Source: a virus (Duplodnaviria > Caudoviricetes). From it: a stretch of 64,000 bases of DNA. Made by a program: the position numbers and the translations under genes. Below, one piece after another: positions 19,601 through 29,816 of the stretch. Where the stretch lies: positions 1,693 to 65,692 of IMG/VR virus record IMGVR_UViG_2814123190_000001. One strand, written 5' to 3'. Within the stretch, counting starts at the first letter, position 1. Each line of letters starts with the position of its first letter. A model generated the notes under the pieces. That model had not been told where the DNA came from. It did not search any database and saw only the letters and a list, made by a program, of their open reading frames with translations.

Positions 19601-22600
19601 GGTTTTGATTAGTTCCTGTAGCTTTATCGTTAATCCAACTAAATAAATCCTCAACGAGCTGTTTAATTCTCTGCGTAATTGTAGGATTATCTTTTTTCTC
19701 TTTTTGTTCTACTGGTATGTTAAGTACATTCCCTACCTCGGTATTGGATAAACCAAGGGCAATGAATCTAGCTAAGAAATCAGTATTATTTTCTTTTCTA
19801 AATAGGTCCTCGTGCTTTTCTTGGGCTAGTTTAATATCTTCCTTAGTAGCAGTTTTCATTGTTAAACCAGTAGGTAAGAAATGCTCTGGTTTAATTGTTT
19901 TTTCTGTATATCGGTATAAATCAACTAATTGTCTATACGTTGCTGTACGGAAGATAGGATTATCTTTACGCTTCTCAAAGAATGTAGCTAAGGTAGTTCC
20001 TGCCATATCAAAAGTAAACTTCTGAGCACGACTACTCTTAAAGGACATCGGAGGAGCACCTAAGAATGGAAGATAATCATCTTCTAATTTTGAGTAACCA
20101 GGCTCTGCTATTGGAGCAGGATTATGAGTGAAATCAAATGAAGTCTGTTCTGTATATGTGGTATTAACAGTAACCTTATCGATTAACTCGTGTACCTCTT
20201 TTAGGTTCTTCTGTGTTTCTATATTGCTATCACTATCTAGACTATTTAGAATATCTTCAACAGTAGCATTGTCATAAATATCTAGGCCATTTGTCTCTTT
20301 ATATACTTGAGGATTTCCATAAGTATCGTATGAGACTTCTAAAGATTTAACAATAATTTCCCTAGTGATAGAACTAAGTGCTTTATAAAGGCTAAGTCCT
20401 TCTTTGTAATTCTTGTTCTTATGAGATTGTTTTACTAATACACGGGTGATAATATCAATAAACCAATCACCAAAAGTTAGCAACTTATCAAAGAACATGT
20501 TATTGCTATGCTTCTTACGGAATTCCTCTGATACTGGGGTAGTAAACAATCTGTACATAGTCTCTTTGTTTGTCATACCCATTGCGATAAATTCATCTGT
20601 ATTTTGAAGTGCGTACGCAATATCAGAATCATCAGTAAATTCTTTCAGCTGTTCCTTAGCATCTTCAAGTAGTTCCTTTAATAAAATAACTTCTTTGCTA
20701 TCTGGGAAGGTACGAATATAATGAAGCGTAAGTGCGTGAAGAATTTCATGGACAGCAGTCTCTAACCTTGTCCCGTGTGCCAAAAAGTCAGGAGACCCTA
20801 AAGATATCACTCCCACTGTATTGGGATTTTTCCCTTTATTTATTTCTCCACGTCTTGCCGAGAACACTCCCCCTAATCCACGCTTATATTCATCTAAGAA
20901 CTTTCTTCCATCTTCGCTATTGAAAGGAGTATCTTCTAATTTAGTATCTTTAGTAATGAAATGTACTTCTATATTTTTAAGGGCATTTCCTATGTTTGGC
21001 GTTTCCCTTAAAAAGGTAATCATTGGGATTAAGTAATTATCCTCTTCTTTAATAATCTCTGGATTATTTAGGATTTCCTGTACTAAGTCATATGCATTAC
21101 TGTCAGGATTATTTCGTAAATATTTCTCTAGAGGTTTATTAATTTCTTCTCTACTATAAGTATAGTATTCATCATCATAGATAGCGTTCTCATCTAATAA
21201 GATACCGAAAGGACTATTTTTAGTTTTTGGTAACTCAGTCTTATATTTCTTAGCTGTTTTAGGAGTAGCTGGTGGCGATGTGGGAGGGGTTTCTTGAGAA
21301 GAGCCCTTTTTTACATCTTCTGATCTCTTAATAAAATCAAAGTCTTCAAGCCCTTCAGGAGAATCTGGATCAAAGCTCTGAACAGGTTCAACAAGAGTTT
21401 CTACATATTTTTGGTATGTGTAGAGAGGTACTCTTGGATTCTTAATCTTTTGATACGCTGCCTTAGTAATAGCTTCTAAAGCCTGAACTACTTCTTTATT
21501 AGGCTGAAGTAATGCAGTACTGAAGACATGGAAAGGACCTTGCTCTTTTAACATCTTTTCTGGGATACCATATTTCTTCTGGATTGCAATGATTTGGTTC
21601 TCAACCCGTTCGATATCCTCTTTGGTAATTTCATACCCACCTTCTTCTGATGAATATTGGTTTACTATACCCCCTTCATAATCTCTAAGGGTAAGGAGTT
21701 TATTCATCTCGGTAATGTAAGCAGTGTCTAGGGCTCTCTTATATGTAGTATATAAGTGATGAACGTAGTCTCTTACCTCTCCGCCATCAACAGTAATTAC
21801 ATTTCGCTGCAGTGGATTAATAGAATATAAATAGTCTAATACCCCTTTAGCGATTTGATCAGTAGATACATGCTTTTCTAATCCAGCAAGGTCAATATTC
21901 ATCACAATAGATTCAAAGGACTTTAATGCCTCTGTTTGTGGTGAGTATGTGCTGATAGCATTCCATGTTTGTTTATTTAACTCATGAGCTGCGTCATCAG
22001 CAAGTAAGAAGCTGGTTAGTAATTCATCATGGTTATTTAAAGCATCAACAACAGTCTGTGCTAGGTGAGAAATAAAGCTATCTAGAGAGTGTACAGTTGC
22101 GGATACAGCAGATAACCCGGGGTCTGTATGAGAAGGTAAATTAGCCCTTGTAGAGTGCGTTAGAGACTTCTGATTCTCTTTCTTACCCTGCATGTTAGCA
22201 GTTGGCTTAGAGCTAATACTAACCTTATTAATTGGGTTAATCGCATCTGAGCGAGTATTATTTAATAACTGAATACCCGTATTAATGAAATCATCTTTAG
22301 ACCAAATACTATTAATAATTGGTACTAAACCATGAATCTTTCCAAGGATTTCATTATATTCATCTCTTGAGAAATCCCTCTCATATGTACCATTTACTTT
22401 CTTGATTCCGTATTCGGCATAGGAATTTTCTAAGAGTGGTCGTACAATCGCATTAAATAAACCATAAACAGCATTGGTAGTATTTACCATCATTTGCTGT
22501 GTTTTTCTCATACTCTCAAAATATTTGTTTGCTACGTCTCCTGCGAATTCTCCGATAGTCATTGAGAAAGCATCTTGCAGGAATAGCTCTACACTTGTAG

Positions 22601-25600
22601 AGATTTCATGATTTAATAGCTCCTCATAAGATTTAATATTTTTTAATTTATTTAAATCATCTTTTAAGGATTCGTTATATCGATACCCTCTATCTAATGA
22701 CTCTCCACGATCACCATCCATGAGCATGGTAACATCTTCGATATCCTGAATCATATCCTTAAAGTAGGCTAATCCTTCAGGCGTAGATAAGAACTCCTCA
22801 TTCTTTTCTATATATTTATAGAAGCTAGCTAGGAAGTCCTCAGATAATACACGTACAGCATTGTGAGTAGCTGAACCGAAAACCATAGCAGAAACAATAT
22901 TCTTAACAAAGTCCCTGCCTGTTTTGGTAATAGCGTGAATATCGTTTCCTTCATGGAAAGGCTCAAATATTCCATAAATCTTAGCAAAGACTCTAGAGAA
23001 TGTATTATCTGAATCTTTTTCAGTTCGGATATTCGGGTAAGAAATATATAACCTCTCTAAGATGTTATACATAAAGTCTTGGTATAAGTCTTTATTCCCT
23101 GCTTTTGTCCGATAGTCGACAACACTACTCATATCTTTAAATTCTCTGTCTGCAGCGGTAAACATACCTCCCCGTCTTAGAGAATCTGTAATGGTTTCCT
23201 TAGGATTACTCCCTGCACGTATACCATTTAGAATGTGATATAAGAATGGACCATTAGTAACCCCGTCAATGGCATTAACCATTTTTGAAGTAAATACATT
23301 TGTTCCTGAATCTTGAGCATGTAAGAACTTAGCTAATTCTGTTAAGGCAAGTAAGGATAAATATTTCTCGCCTCCTTCATCTACAGTAGCTCCAATTGCT
23401 TCATTGATTTTAGTATCTTCTAATGTTTTCTCTTTTAATCCTAGCCGTTGTTGGATTGCATCAATACCTTTTTGAAGCTCTTCATCATTCTGGATTCGAT
23501 CCATTAATAATTTAATAGAAGTAGCTTTATGTTCTGTATCTGCATTTGCCCCGAAACCAACAGCAATTGCATGTAGGAAGGTATTTACTTTCTCGATATC
23601 ATCTAGTTTTACTTCTACTTCCCACTCTTTAGAGTGAGTAAGATAACGGTGCATCTTATTGGCTTGTAGGTTAAACCTACCTTCCATACCAACCCGACCG
23701 TTTTTCCAATAGTCAAAAGAAAAGAAGAATTCAGAATCAAGTCCTTGCTCTTGGCTTAAAACCATATCTAAGAACTCTAAGAAATAATCTAAGTTTCTTT
23801 CAAGGTCTTTATTCTTAGCTTCTGCACTCTCCCTACGGTTAACGTGCATTTTCTTAATTTCATCAGGGTGTACCCAACCACCCATCTTTAAGAAGGCTTC
23901 TTTATCTTTTGGATTTCCATTCTCGTCTAAGCCTCCGAGCATTGGTAGGATAATATCTACCATCTCTTTATTTAGTTTATAGGCTTCTTCTCGCTTACCT
24001 GTAAGAATCTTTTTAAGTTTCTTAGGTACTGACATTCCTGTACCCGATGCTTTTTGCTTAGTAAATTTCTCTGGTGCAAAGGAAGGGAATACATCAGCAG
24101 ATGAACCTGTAAATAGATTAGTAACTACATGTCCACTCTTATTATTAACTTCAATTAACTGCTTAGTAGCAGGGATTAATTCCCCTCTTCTATTCACTGT
24201 AGGGCGGATTATCATACGCCCACCAGTACCTACTTGGTTAGTTGCAGCAATCTTCTCGTTAAGTGTAAGCTTATCATTGCCCTCAATTAGGGCTTTCATT
24301 GTGCTTGAATCAATGTGGGTATGTGAGAACGTACCTAGCTCAATCAAGGTTCTAGTAGCTACCAAGCCCATTGCTGCTTCTAGCTTAGGTAGGATATCTC
24401 TACCTGCTTGTTTAGTACTTCTTAAACCAAGAGATTTAACTGCTAATTCACCAATGGAGTTAGCAACCGTACCCATAAAGACACCTTTACGATAAGCCTG
24501 TCTTTCCTCAACAGATAAGGGACTCTTATCCTTTCTACCGAGCATACGATTGATTGCCTTATCATCGTTATACATCATCTGAGAGGCTCTCTCAGTAACG
24601 TAACGATACGCAGCAGAAGCCATAGCTAAGGATACGTTTTCCTCAATGTAAGGGTTACCCTCAGCATCATATTCAACTAATTGGTCAAACAGGTTCTCAT
24701 TAGCGTATTTAGCATCAGGTCTTAAATAGATTTCATACATAGCCTCATTAAATCTCTGAGCAAAGCTTACAAAGAGGTCCATACCATTCTGATGGTTCTG
24801 TACAAACTTTTCTTGCATGTGTTTAGGCAAGTAAGATTTCCAATCAATTACACCTGATGTTGCTTTAGATAGGAAATTTCTTTCTGAAACCAAAGGCAAT
24901 CTATGTGCATTATCTACTTCCCTATCAGATTGCGTCAGAAACGTTGCGAGGACGTTTTTAATCTTACCGTAGGGCGTATCCTCTTTAGTTGTATTACTTG
25001 CCTTAAAGATGCCTAGGTAAGCTGTAGGAGGTATTTGTTTAGTATCATCACTCTCCTCATTATCAGCCTTAGCTACCATATCCCTAATACTTTCTAATTG
25101 CTTTTTAAAGTCAGGAACATTTGGATCATCTTGTAGTGATGGTTTCTCTTTAGATTTTTTCTCTTTTTCTTTCTTGGGTTCTTGATTCTTTTTACTTAAG
25201 CCAATTTTTGTTTCACGATTAGTAATGGCATTATCTTCAGAATCAATATCCTCCTCAATCCTACCGTTGCTAAAGATAGGAGTTACTGTACCCTCTTCAT
25301 CTGCTTCTCTAAAGTACTTACTTCTAATCTCTCTGTCAGAAGTTTCATTAGTACTTGGAGGAGGAAGGTGAGATTCACCGATTACTTCAGAATCATCAAT
25401 CAAACCCTGCTTATGTAAATCATCGTAAGCGGCTAATTCTTCATCAGATAGTGATGGTGGTATGTCAGGAGGAGATGTATCTTGATTATCTCCTTGTCCA
25501 GTATCTCCTTCTTTAGTAGGGGTTTCCTTAGGAGGTTCCTGTGTAGTTGGTTTAGTAGTCTTAGTGTCCTTACCAGTCTCAGAAGATTTAGGAGCCGTAG

Positions 25601-28600
25601 TAAACTCACTTAAATACTGCTCTACCGATTTACCATGGTTTGCTTTAATCCAAGCACCTAAAGCAGCTCTATTAACTGTATTCTTACCTGTACCTAAAAC
25701 AGCAGGAATACCATAAGCAATTGAAATAGCAGAAATAGTTCTATTTAATTGGTTAAAGTATTTTCCTGAATAATCAACATCTGCTGCTTCTTTATCTGAA
25801 CCAACAGATTCATTGATTGACATAACCCCTGCATTTTTAAGAGTGGTATTAATACGAGAAGATAGTTCCGTACCCCACATTGCAGAGTCATTTGTCATAT
25901 TAAGTAATGTTCTCAATACCAAATCTCTTAGGGATACCTGATTCTCTCCTGATCTATCTTCAGGGTCTGGAATCATTACATTCTCTGCAAAGGCTACTTT
26001 AGGCTTAATATTCTCATAGTTGTATGGAGCTACTTTATTCTTCTTAGCTAGCTTATTGTAAGCATCAACATTAGCTCTTATCTTCTGGTCTGTAGCATCA
26101 TCTAACTGGTTTAAACCAACCTGATAATCAATGGTTTCTACTTCATTGCCTTCAAATACAATAGCCCCACGGTTATTTAATTGCTTAGAAGGGGTGCTTG
26201 TTTTTGGAGGAGTAGTAGTAGTGGTAGAAGAATTACCTTCTTTTGCTGTAGTTGTACTTGTAGAAGTGCTTGTAGTCTGTTTAGGTATAGTTACATCACT
26301 ACCCTGTTCTACGGCATTAATATAAGATTTTACATCTACGTCTTTATTAGCCTCTCTCCAAGCATTTAATTCCTTAGCGCTTGTTGCTGGAGGCCATGGC
26401 ATACCATAAGCTACCGCTACTTGGTTTACTAAGAAATCCATCTGGTTTGCTTTAGCTGCGTTATCAGATTCTCTAAGGCTATTAATCCCTGTAGCCTTCA
26501 TAACCGCCTGTGTGAGCTTTTTACCGTACAGAGGTCTATCGCCATCTCCTTTAATTGCAACGTCTAAAATATGCTCTACAAGGCTTCTATCACCTACTTT
26601 AAGTTCCCTAGCCATAGCAATCTTATTCGCTACATGCTTTTCTTGGGCTCTTGGGAAGGTAGAAGTAGTGCGACTTAGTAATGATTTATACGTAGGAGAA
26701 TCCACATCAGGAGAATCATAAACAGACTCTACTGAATCTTTTCCAATATTTACATATCCTTTTGTTTTCCCTTCTGGGATTTCTTGAGACTTCTGCTTAC
26801 TTGTGGAAGTAGCCGTACTTGTCTTAGGCGATGTAGTTGCCGTATTAGAGGAGGTAGCAGTACTTGAGGTACTTGGTTTTGTTGGTTTTTTAATAGCCCC
26901 TCTTAATTTATCCCGTAATCCCTGTAACCCTCTTTTCTTAAGGGAGGCTTCTTGATTAGATTCTTCTCTGGCTTTATTTAGGATATTTTGCATTCCTTGA
27001 GGAAGGTCTACATATTCTCCTGTTAAATCAGTAGATACATTGTCAAAGATTTCATATGCCTCTAATTGGCTATCTCTAGTACTAAAGTCAAAAGCCTTAG
27101 GTTTTCTAGTAGCTGTACTATCTAAACCAATATCTGGATTCTGTGCAATTTCTAATGCACTGGCTAATGTATTAGCTGTGTTATCTAAATGGTCTGCTAA
27201 ACCAGACATAGTAGAACCTAACTGTCTAGATGCAGCACTGTTAGCCATAGCATCTAAGGCACCCTCATCTCCTTGAGTACGCTTACCCTCTCTGACAACC
27301 CAGTTCATATTCTCATCTTTAGAGATATGCATTGTCTTTTTGTTTTCTTGGGATTGTCTTAGGGCTTCTTGGAAAGCATCAGCTTTAGACCGTTGTTGTA
27401 AAGCAAAAGCCTGCAAACCATTTAAGGCATCAATAGCTTGGTTATAGTTGCCTGTAGCAATACCTTGTTTAATTGCGGTCTCATACTGGTCTACGCCTTT
27501 ACGTCTACCATCACCCTGACCAATAGAAAGAGCTTCTAGAACAGTTCTAGACATATTCTTTTGAGCTGTCTGTTTACTGTTCTCTACAGTAGCTTGATGT
27601 TCTGCTACTGTTTTCTGTCTTTCTTCTAATAGCTGAATCCCTTGCTCAAAGATATCTTTAAGCTCTTGTGGGATATCCTCAGAGGTTTTTAATGCCTCTC
27701 TAACCTTAGTAATATCCTCTTGGGATAATGCTTCTGGATTAGTAATTGCAGTTGTAGCTAGCGTCTTAGCAGCTTTAAACCTAAGTTCTGGTGCTCCATA
27801 AAATTTCATTGTTCCTTCCTCTTCTTGAGTACCTTCAGTTGTTTTAGAAGAGGTGGAGTTTACTTCGGTAGGTTCTGTAGGAGACGTAGCTGGTGTAGTT
27901 AAGGTTTCTACTGCTTGAGATACTGATTGGGATTGCTCTTCTTCAGTAGTAGAATCAATTAAATCAGAAATCTTCTGTAGGGCATCGCCTAAACCAATAA
28001 GCTCATCTTGGACAGAAGATAGCTTGGATTGGAAATCTTCGGGGCTTAATTCTGCATGTGCTTTTTTAACAGCTTCATATGCAGATTCGCTGGCTTTAAT
28101 TTTATTTAGGGTAGCCGTATCATTCTCTGATTCTGCTTTGGTTTTAGCAGCCATCATGCGGTCATAGGAAGCTTCAAAATCTTCCTTAGGCATCTGCATT
28201 AGCTTAGACTGTACTGCCTTACTAGCAGCGGCTACATTGACCTCAGTAAAGATTTTATCGATCTTTTCATCATTAGCTTTTTTCTGCTCTGGGGTAATGC
28301 CTTCTTGTTTATTACTTTCCATCAAAACAGATACAGCTTCTTTAGGGTCGTAATCAGCATGGGTACTATCTGCGATATCATCTACATTACCTGTTCTGAC
28401 CCGCTCTGCTCTTTTAGCAATGGCTTCTTCTTTCTTAGCGATTTCTGCCCGTCTCTGTGCTTCTTTAGTAGCGGCTCTTCGCATAGGTGCACCAATGACT
28501 TCAGCAACTCCTCTGACGCCTCCAGTCATTCCACCGCCACCCATACCTTCGAGCATACCACTAAGGTAGATATCCTCACCTGTAGGGTCTTCTAATTGAG

Positions 28601-29711
28601 CCTTAGCTTCTGTATATCCTTGAGCAGCGCCAATGGGGAATTCACTAGCAAAACCACCTAAGTAAGCTTTACCAGTTCTGGTAGCCATGTTATCCCCTGC
28701 AAAGTTAGCTAGTTTACGTAGCCTACTTACATTCTTAGCAGTTTCTTCAGATGCCTCTTTAGCCGCTTTAGTAGCCCCTTTAACTGCTTTGGTAGGTGCT
28801 AATGCAGCTTTAGATAAACCAGCAATAAAACGATCTCCTGCGGCATCTAGAGAGGCTCCTGCTACAGACCATAATCTAGACTCATCTAGTTGTCCTTTAG
28901 TAGGTACAGCTCCTTGGTTTTCTTTGATATGATTATCAAGGAAATCTGTAGTCTGCCTTGAAACCTCAGAGGGCATTTCAGCAAGTAAAGAAGCTCCTCC
29001 TGTATATGCTGCAGCAAGAATGTTAGCAGCGTTCTCTGCAGCTAAACCTAAGGACGCTGACGGGTTACTTAACATGTCCCATAGTGAGCTTGCAACTAAT
29101 CCCATAGCCCCAGATTCGGGGTTTCCCTCAAGACCTGCTTGCTTATAATTCTCGTAGTTTTTAGATAATTTACTAATAAGTCTATCTCTATCTTGGTCAT
29201 AGATATTTGACTCATCAAATTCAAAGAACTTTCTGATAGACCTTGCATCTCTTCTAGCATCTAATGCAGATTGAACTCTACCGTAATGAGAGGACCTTGT
29301 TTCTGGATCAAGGGCGAATAGTCTTTCTTTTTCTTCAGCGGTTGCCTGACCTGAGTGGAATTTATTGTATAACTCTAATGATTCATCTTGTAGTGCTGAT
29401 GTTAAATACTCAGATGCTATACTTCCCGGCATAGAGACAACATTGCCCATAAATCTACCAGCACCTTGGATTGCACGTAAACCAAGATTAACTGCAGCGG
29501 CTGAATATGAATCCCTACTTAAGCCCATTTTTCCAGTAACTGAGTTTTTATGCCTTAACATATCCTCATGCAGTCGGGGCATTGCTTCAGCAATTTTACG
29601 TGCCTTATCTTCTCTTGCTTCCGAAACTGCCTGCATTTTGTTTTTATGGGAAGATTGATTCCAATCCCCGTATCTTTGATTTAAATAGGCTTTATAATCA
29701 AATTCAGACAT
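16668..29711 (-). CDS. Virion-encapsidated RNA polymerase (N4 gp50-like), 4347 aa
   Basis: Giant ORF, no Cys noticed; KNGRVG, motif A AIDGVTNGP, motif B RDFVKNIVSAMVFG, motif C NNHDE; zincin HEILH..EFIA domain; C-terminal QYSDFVAR; synteny with gp51-59. Confidence 0.96.
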   Translation of the reverse strand: MSEFDYKAYLNQRYGDWNQSSHKNKMQAVSEAREDKARKIAEAMPRLHEDMLRHKNSVTGKMGLSRDSYSAAAVNLGLRAIQGAGRFMGNVVSMPGSIASEYLTSALQDESLELYNKFHSGQATAEEKERLFALDPETRSSHYGRVQSALDARRDARSIRKFFEFDESNIYDQDRDRLISKLSKNYENYKQAGLEGNPESGAMGLVASSLWDMLSNPSASLGLAAENAANILAAAYTGGASLLAEMPSEVSRQTTDFLDNHIKENQGAVPTKGQLDESRLWSVAGASLDAAGDRFIAGLSKAALAPTKAVKGATKAAKEASEETAKNVSRLRKLANFAGDNMATRTGKAYLGGFASEFPIGAAQGYTEAKAQLEDPTGEDIYLSGMLEGMGGGGMTGGVRGVAEVIGAPMRRAATKEAQRRAEIAKKEEAIAKRAERVRTGNVDDIADSTHADYDPKEAVSVLMESNKQEGITPEQKKANDEKIDKIFTEVNVAAASKAVQSKLMQMPKEDFEASYDRMMAAKTKAESENDTATLNKIKASESAYEAVKKAHAELSPEDFQSKLSSVQDELIGLGDALQKISDLIDSTTEEEQSQSVSQAVETLTTPATSPTEPTEVNSTSSKTTEGTQEEEGTMKFYGAPELRFKAAKTLATTAITNPEALSQEDITKVREALKTSEDIPQELKDIFEQGIQLLEERQKTVAEHQATVENSKQTAQKNMSRTVLEALSIGQGDGRRKGVDQYETAIKQGIATGNYNQAIDALNGLQAFALQQRSKADAFQEALRQSQENKKTMHISKDENMNWVVREGKRTQGDEGALDAMANSAASRQLGSTMSGLADHLDNTANTLASALEIAQNPDIGLDSTATRKPKAFDFSTRDSQLEAYEIFDNVSTDLTGEYVDLPQGMQNILNKAREESNQEASLKKRGLQGLRDKLRGAIKKPTKPSTSSTATSSNTATTSPKTSTATSTSKQKSQEIPEGKTKGYVNIGKDSVESVYDSPDVDSPTYKSLLSRTTSTFPRAQEKHVANKIAMARELKVGDRSLVEHILDVAIKGDGDRPLYGKKLTQAVMKATGINSLRESDNAAKANQMDFLVNQVAVAYGMPWPPATSAKELNAWREANKDVDVKSYINAVEQGSDVTIPKQTTSTSTSTTTAKEGNSSTTTTTPPKTSTPSKQLNNRGAIVFEGNEVETIDYQVGLNQLDDATDQKIRANVDAYNKLAKKNKVAPYNYENIKPKVAFAENVMIPDPEDRSGENQVSLRDLVLRTLLNMTNDSAMWGTELSSRINTTLKNAGVMSINESVGSDKEAADVDYSGKYFNQLNRTISAISIAYGIPAVLGTGKNTVNRAALGAWIKANHGKSVEQYLSEFTTAPKSSETGKDTKTTKPTTQEPPKETPTKEGDTGQGDNQDTSPPDIPPSLSDEELAAYDDLHKQGLIDDSEVIGESHLPPPSTNETSDREIRSKYFREADEEGTVTPIFSNGRIEEDIDSEDNAITNRETKIGLSKKNQEPKKEKEKKSKEKPSLQDDPNVPDFKKQLESIRDMVAKADNEESDDTKQIPPTAYLGIFKASNTTKEDTPYGKIKNVLATFLTQSDREVDNAHRLPLVSERNFLSKATSGVIDWKSYLPKHMQEKFVQNHQNGMDLFVSFAQRFNEAMYEIYLRPDAKYANENLFDQLVEYDAEGNPYIEENVSLAMASAAYRYVTERASQMMYNDDKAINRMLGRKDKSPLSVEERQAYRKGVFMGTVANSIGELAVKSLGLRSTKQAGRDILPKLEAAMGLVATRTLIELGTFSHTHIDSSTMKALIEGNDKLTLNEKIAATNQVGTGGRMIIRPTVNRRGELIPATKQLIEVNNKSGHVVTNLFTGSSADVFPSFAPEKFTKQKASGTGMSVPKKLKKILTGKREEAYKLNKEMVDIILPMLGGLDENGNPKDKEAFLKMGGWVHPDEIKKMHVNRRESAEAKNKDLERNLDYFLEFLDMVLSQEQGLDSEFFFSFDYWKNGRVGMEGRFNLQANKMHRYLTHSKEWEVEVKLDDIEKVNTFLHAIAVGFGANADTEHKATSIKLLMDRIQNDEELQKGIDAIQQRLGLKEKTLEDTKINEAIGATVDEGGEKYLSLLALTELAKFLHAQDSGTNVFTSKMVNAIDGVTNGPFLYHILNGIRAGSNPKETITDSLRRGGMFTAADREFKDMSSVVDYRTKAGNKDLYQDFMYNILERLYISYPNIRTEKDSDNTFSRVFAKIYGIFEPFHEGNDIHAITKTGRDFVKNIVSAMVFGSATHNAVRVLSEDFLASFYKYIEKNEEFLSTPEGLAYFKDMIQDIEDVTMLMDGDRGESLDRGYRYNESLKDDLNKLKNIKSYEELLNHEISTSVELFLQDAFSMTIGEFAGDVANKYFESMRKTQQMMVNTTNAVYGLFNAIVRPLLENSYAEYGIKKVNGTYERDFSRDEYNEILGKIHGLVPIINSIWSKDDFINTGIQLLNNTRSDAINPINKVSISSKPTANMQGKKENQKSLTHSTRANLPSHTDPGLSAVSATVHSLDSFISHLAQTVVDALNNHDELLTSFLLADDAAHELNKQTWNAISTYSPQTEALKSFESIVMNIDLAGLEKHVSTDQIAKGVLDYLYSINPLQRNVITVDGGEVRDYVHHLYTTYKRALDTAYITEMNKLLTLRDYEGGIVNQYSSEEGGYEITKEDIERVENQIIAIQKKYGIPEKMLKEQGPFHVFSTALLQPNKEVVQALEAITKAAYQKIKNPRVPLYTYQKYVETLVEPVQSFDPDSPEGLEDFDFIKRSEDVKKGSSQETPPTSPPATPKTAKKYKTELPKTKNSPFGILLDENAIYDDEYYTYSREEINKPLEKYLRNNPDSNAYDLVQEILNNPEIIKEEDNYLIPMITFLRETPNIGNALKNIEVHFITKDTKLEDTPFNSEDGRKFLDEYKRGLGGVFSARRGEINKGKNPNTVGVISLGSPDFLAHGTRLETAVHEILHALTLHYIRTFPDSKEVILLKELLEDAKEQLKEFTDDSDIAYALQNTDEFIAMGMTNKETMYRLFTTPVSEEFRKKHSNNMFFDKLLTFGDWFIDIITRVLVKQSHKNKNYKEGLSLYKALSSITREIIVKSLEVSYDTYGNPQVYKETNGLDIYDNATVEDILNSLDSDSNIETQKNLKEVHELIDKVTVNTTYTEQTSFDFTHNPAPIAEPGYSKLEDDYLPFLGAPPMSFKSSRAQKFTFDMAGTTLATFFEKRKDNPIFRTATYRQLVDLYRYTEKTIKPEHFLPTGLTMKTATKEDIKLAQEKHEDLFRKENNTDFLARFIALGLSNTEVGNVLNIPVEQKEKKDNPTITQRIKQLVEDLFSWINDKATGTNQNQTIKEQLEILAYRLESIQQRHANKLSGENIISNLGYVTDRINSGISNAGKATIQTAAERLSSATKNKKGGIANTIYTVATSIKTGMKNPDFVKNGGMLKSFYNYIDFTRGKEDSRPGFVRNLATHIHGHHKPMEAMVVAANFLQGNRKTIEANAKKFLDSGFKNGGIHLTQTERNTISQVFLRGGTQYLIDDYSMEDIEGFLKDGDKLSKEIQRLSAQLRSSAQNKGHVNAYLKLVSDFAYRSLYGGNSVHAHALNNIGAIARLVGIDPKVARVSEKQAKAVEPTLKKLFSLMAISYMKPEELTVAHRLLQTENARTDGNGIKWTLQFVRDLEKQSKEILFSEDTLGAHMTDAYLPDQLDERTHFEIAPASEASKYKAMGYVMINNPVSTDPSITSGPEKQYMYVLKNSGSNRYVSQAMQITNKHHRGTTVFESNFSNGVKQTYAKRRKDIDSLFKTPFKFENPGNLRRDYAIPLLTSNGLVANYRYEMDNHTKDSLFSRNNDFGTLLGKYAASIYDKVETVNHNQNVADVLISDFKDDYDLYKESFVWVGKDSKDPVLAEYWNLIPEETQNYLKTNMAKANPQLMLKDDNVKDGIFVRKDLLTVTFGYRMPSLAEFLESDPANRNKFTELFVAAVEHIYKTVGTKWLGVDPKDAEAFAKRAIHHIRRGEDVFRTMIQEMKQWIVVKSGVVLLGNIWSNTTLLMMNGMHPIKAITKQIEGYKLLKDYKLRTDQAYDLHTRLSINPDIPAAQRKRMESDLETLRQVLNNNPIQTLIHNGLMPTIVEDVALEDDPYSLRNQFFNKLDEKTSKLPKSVREVAKFVYMAQDTTLFKVLNTATQYSDFVARHALYDHLTNKKHNPLSEKEALDAAKDSFIMYDIAMPRHLQYMDGLGLVLFMKYALGIQRVLASLLVNKPVHVVSTILTNATVGISGLDTVMDSSWLTTNRLTRNPLEWSIFNIPKNVGTIGTIEYGISNLY

Positions 29712-29816
29712 TCATTATTCCTTTATTGTTATAGTTATAGCAATATTATTACTGGATTATGTAGGAAAACATTTACCCCTTCACAGTACGGGTAGGGAAG
29801 TAAGAAGGAGAATTCT

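Noticed and set aside
19717-29658. Many + strand ORFs inside the vRNAP gene
   Set aside because: Antisense shadows of a long coding frame; no RBS or recognisable motifs.
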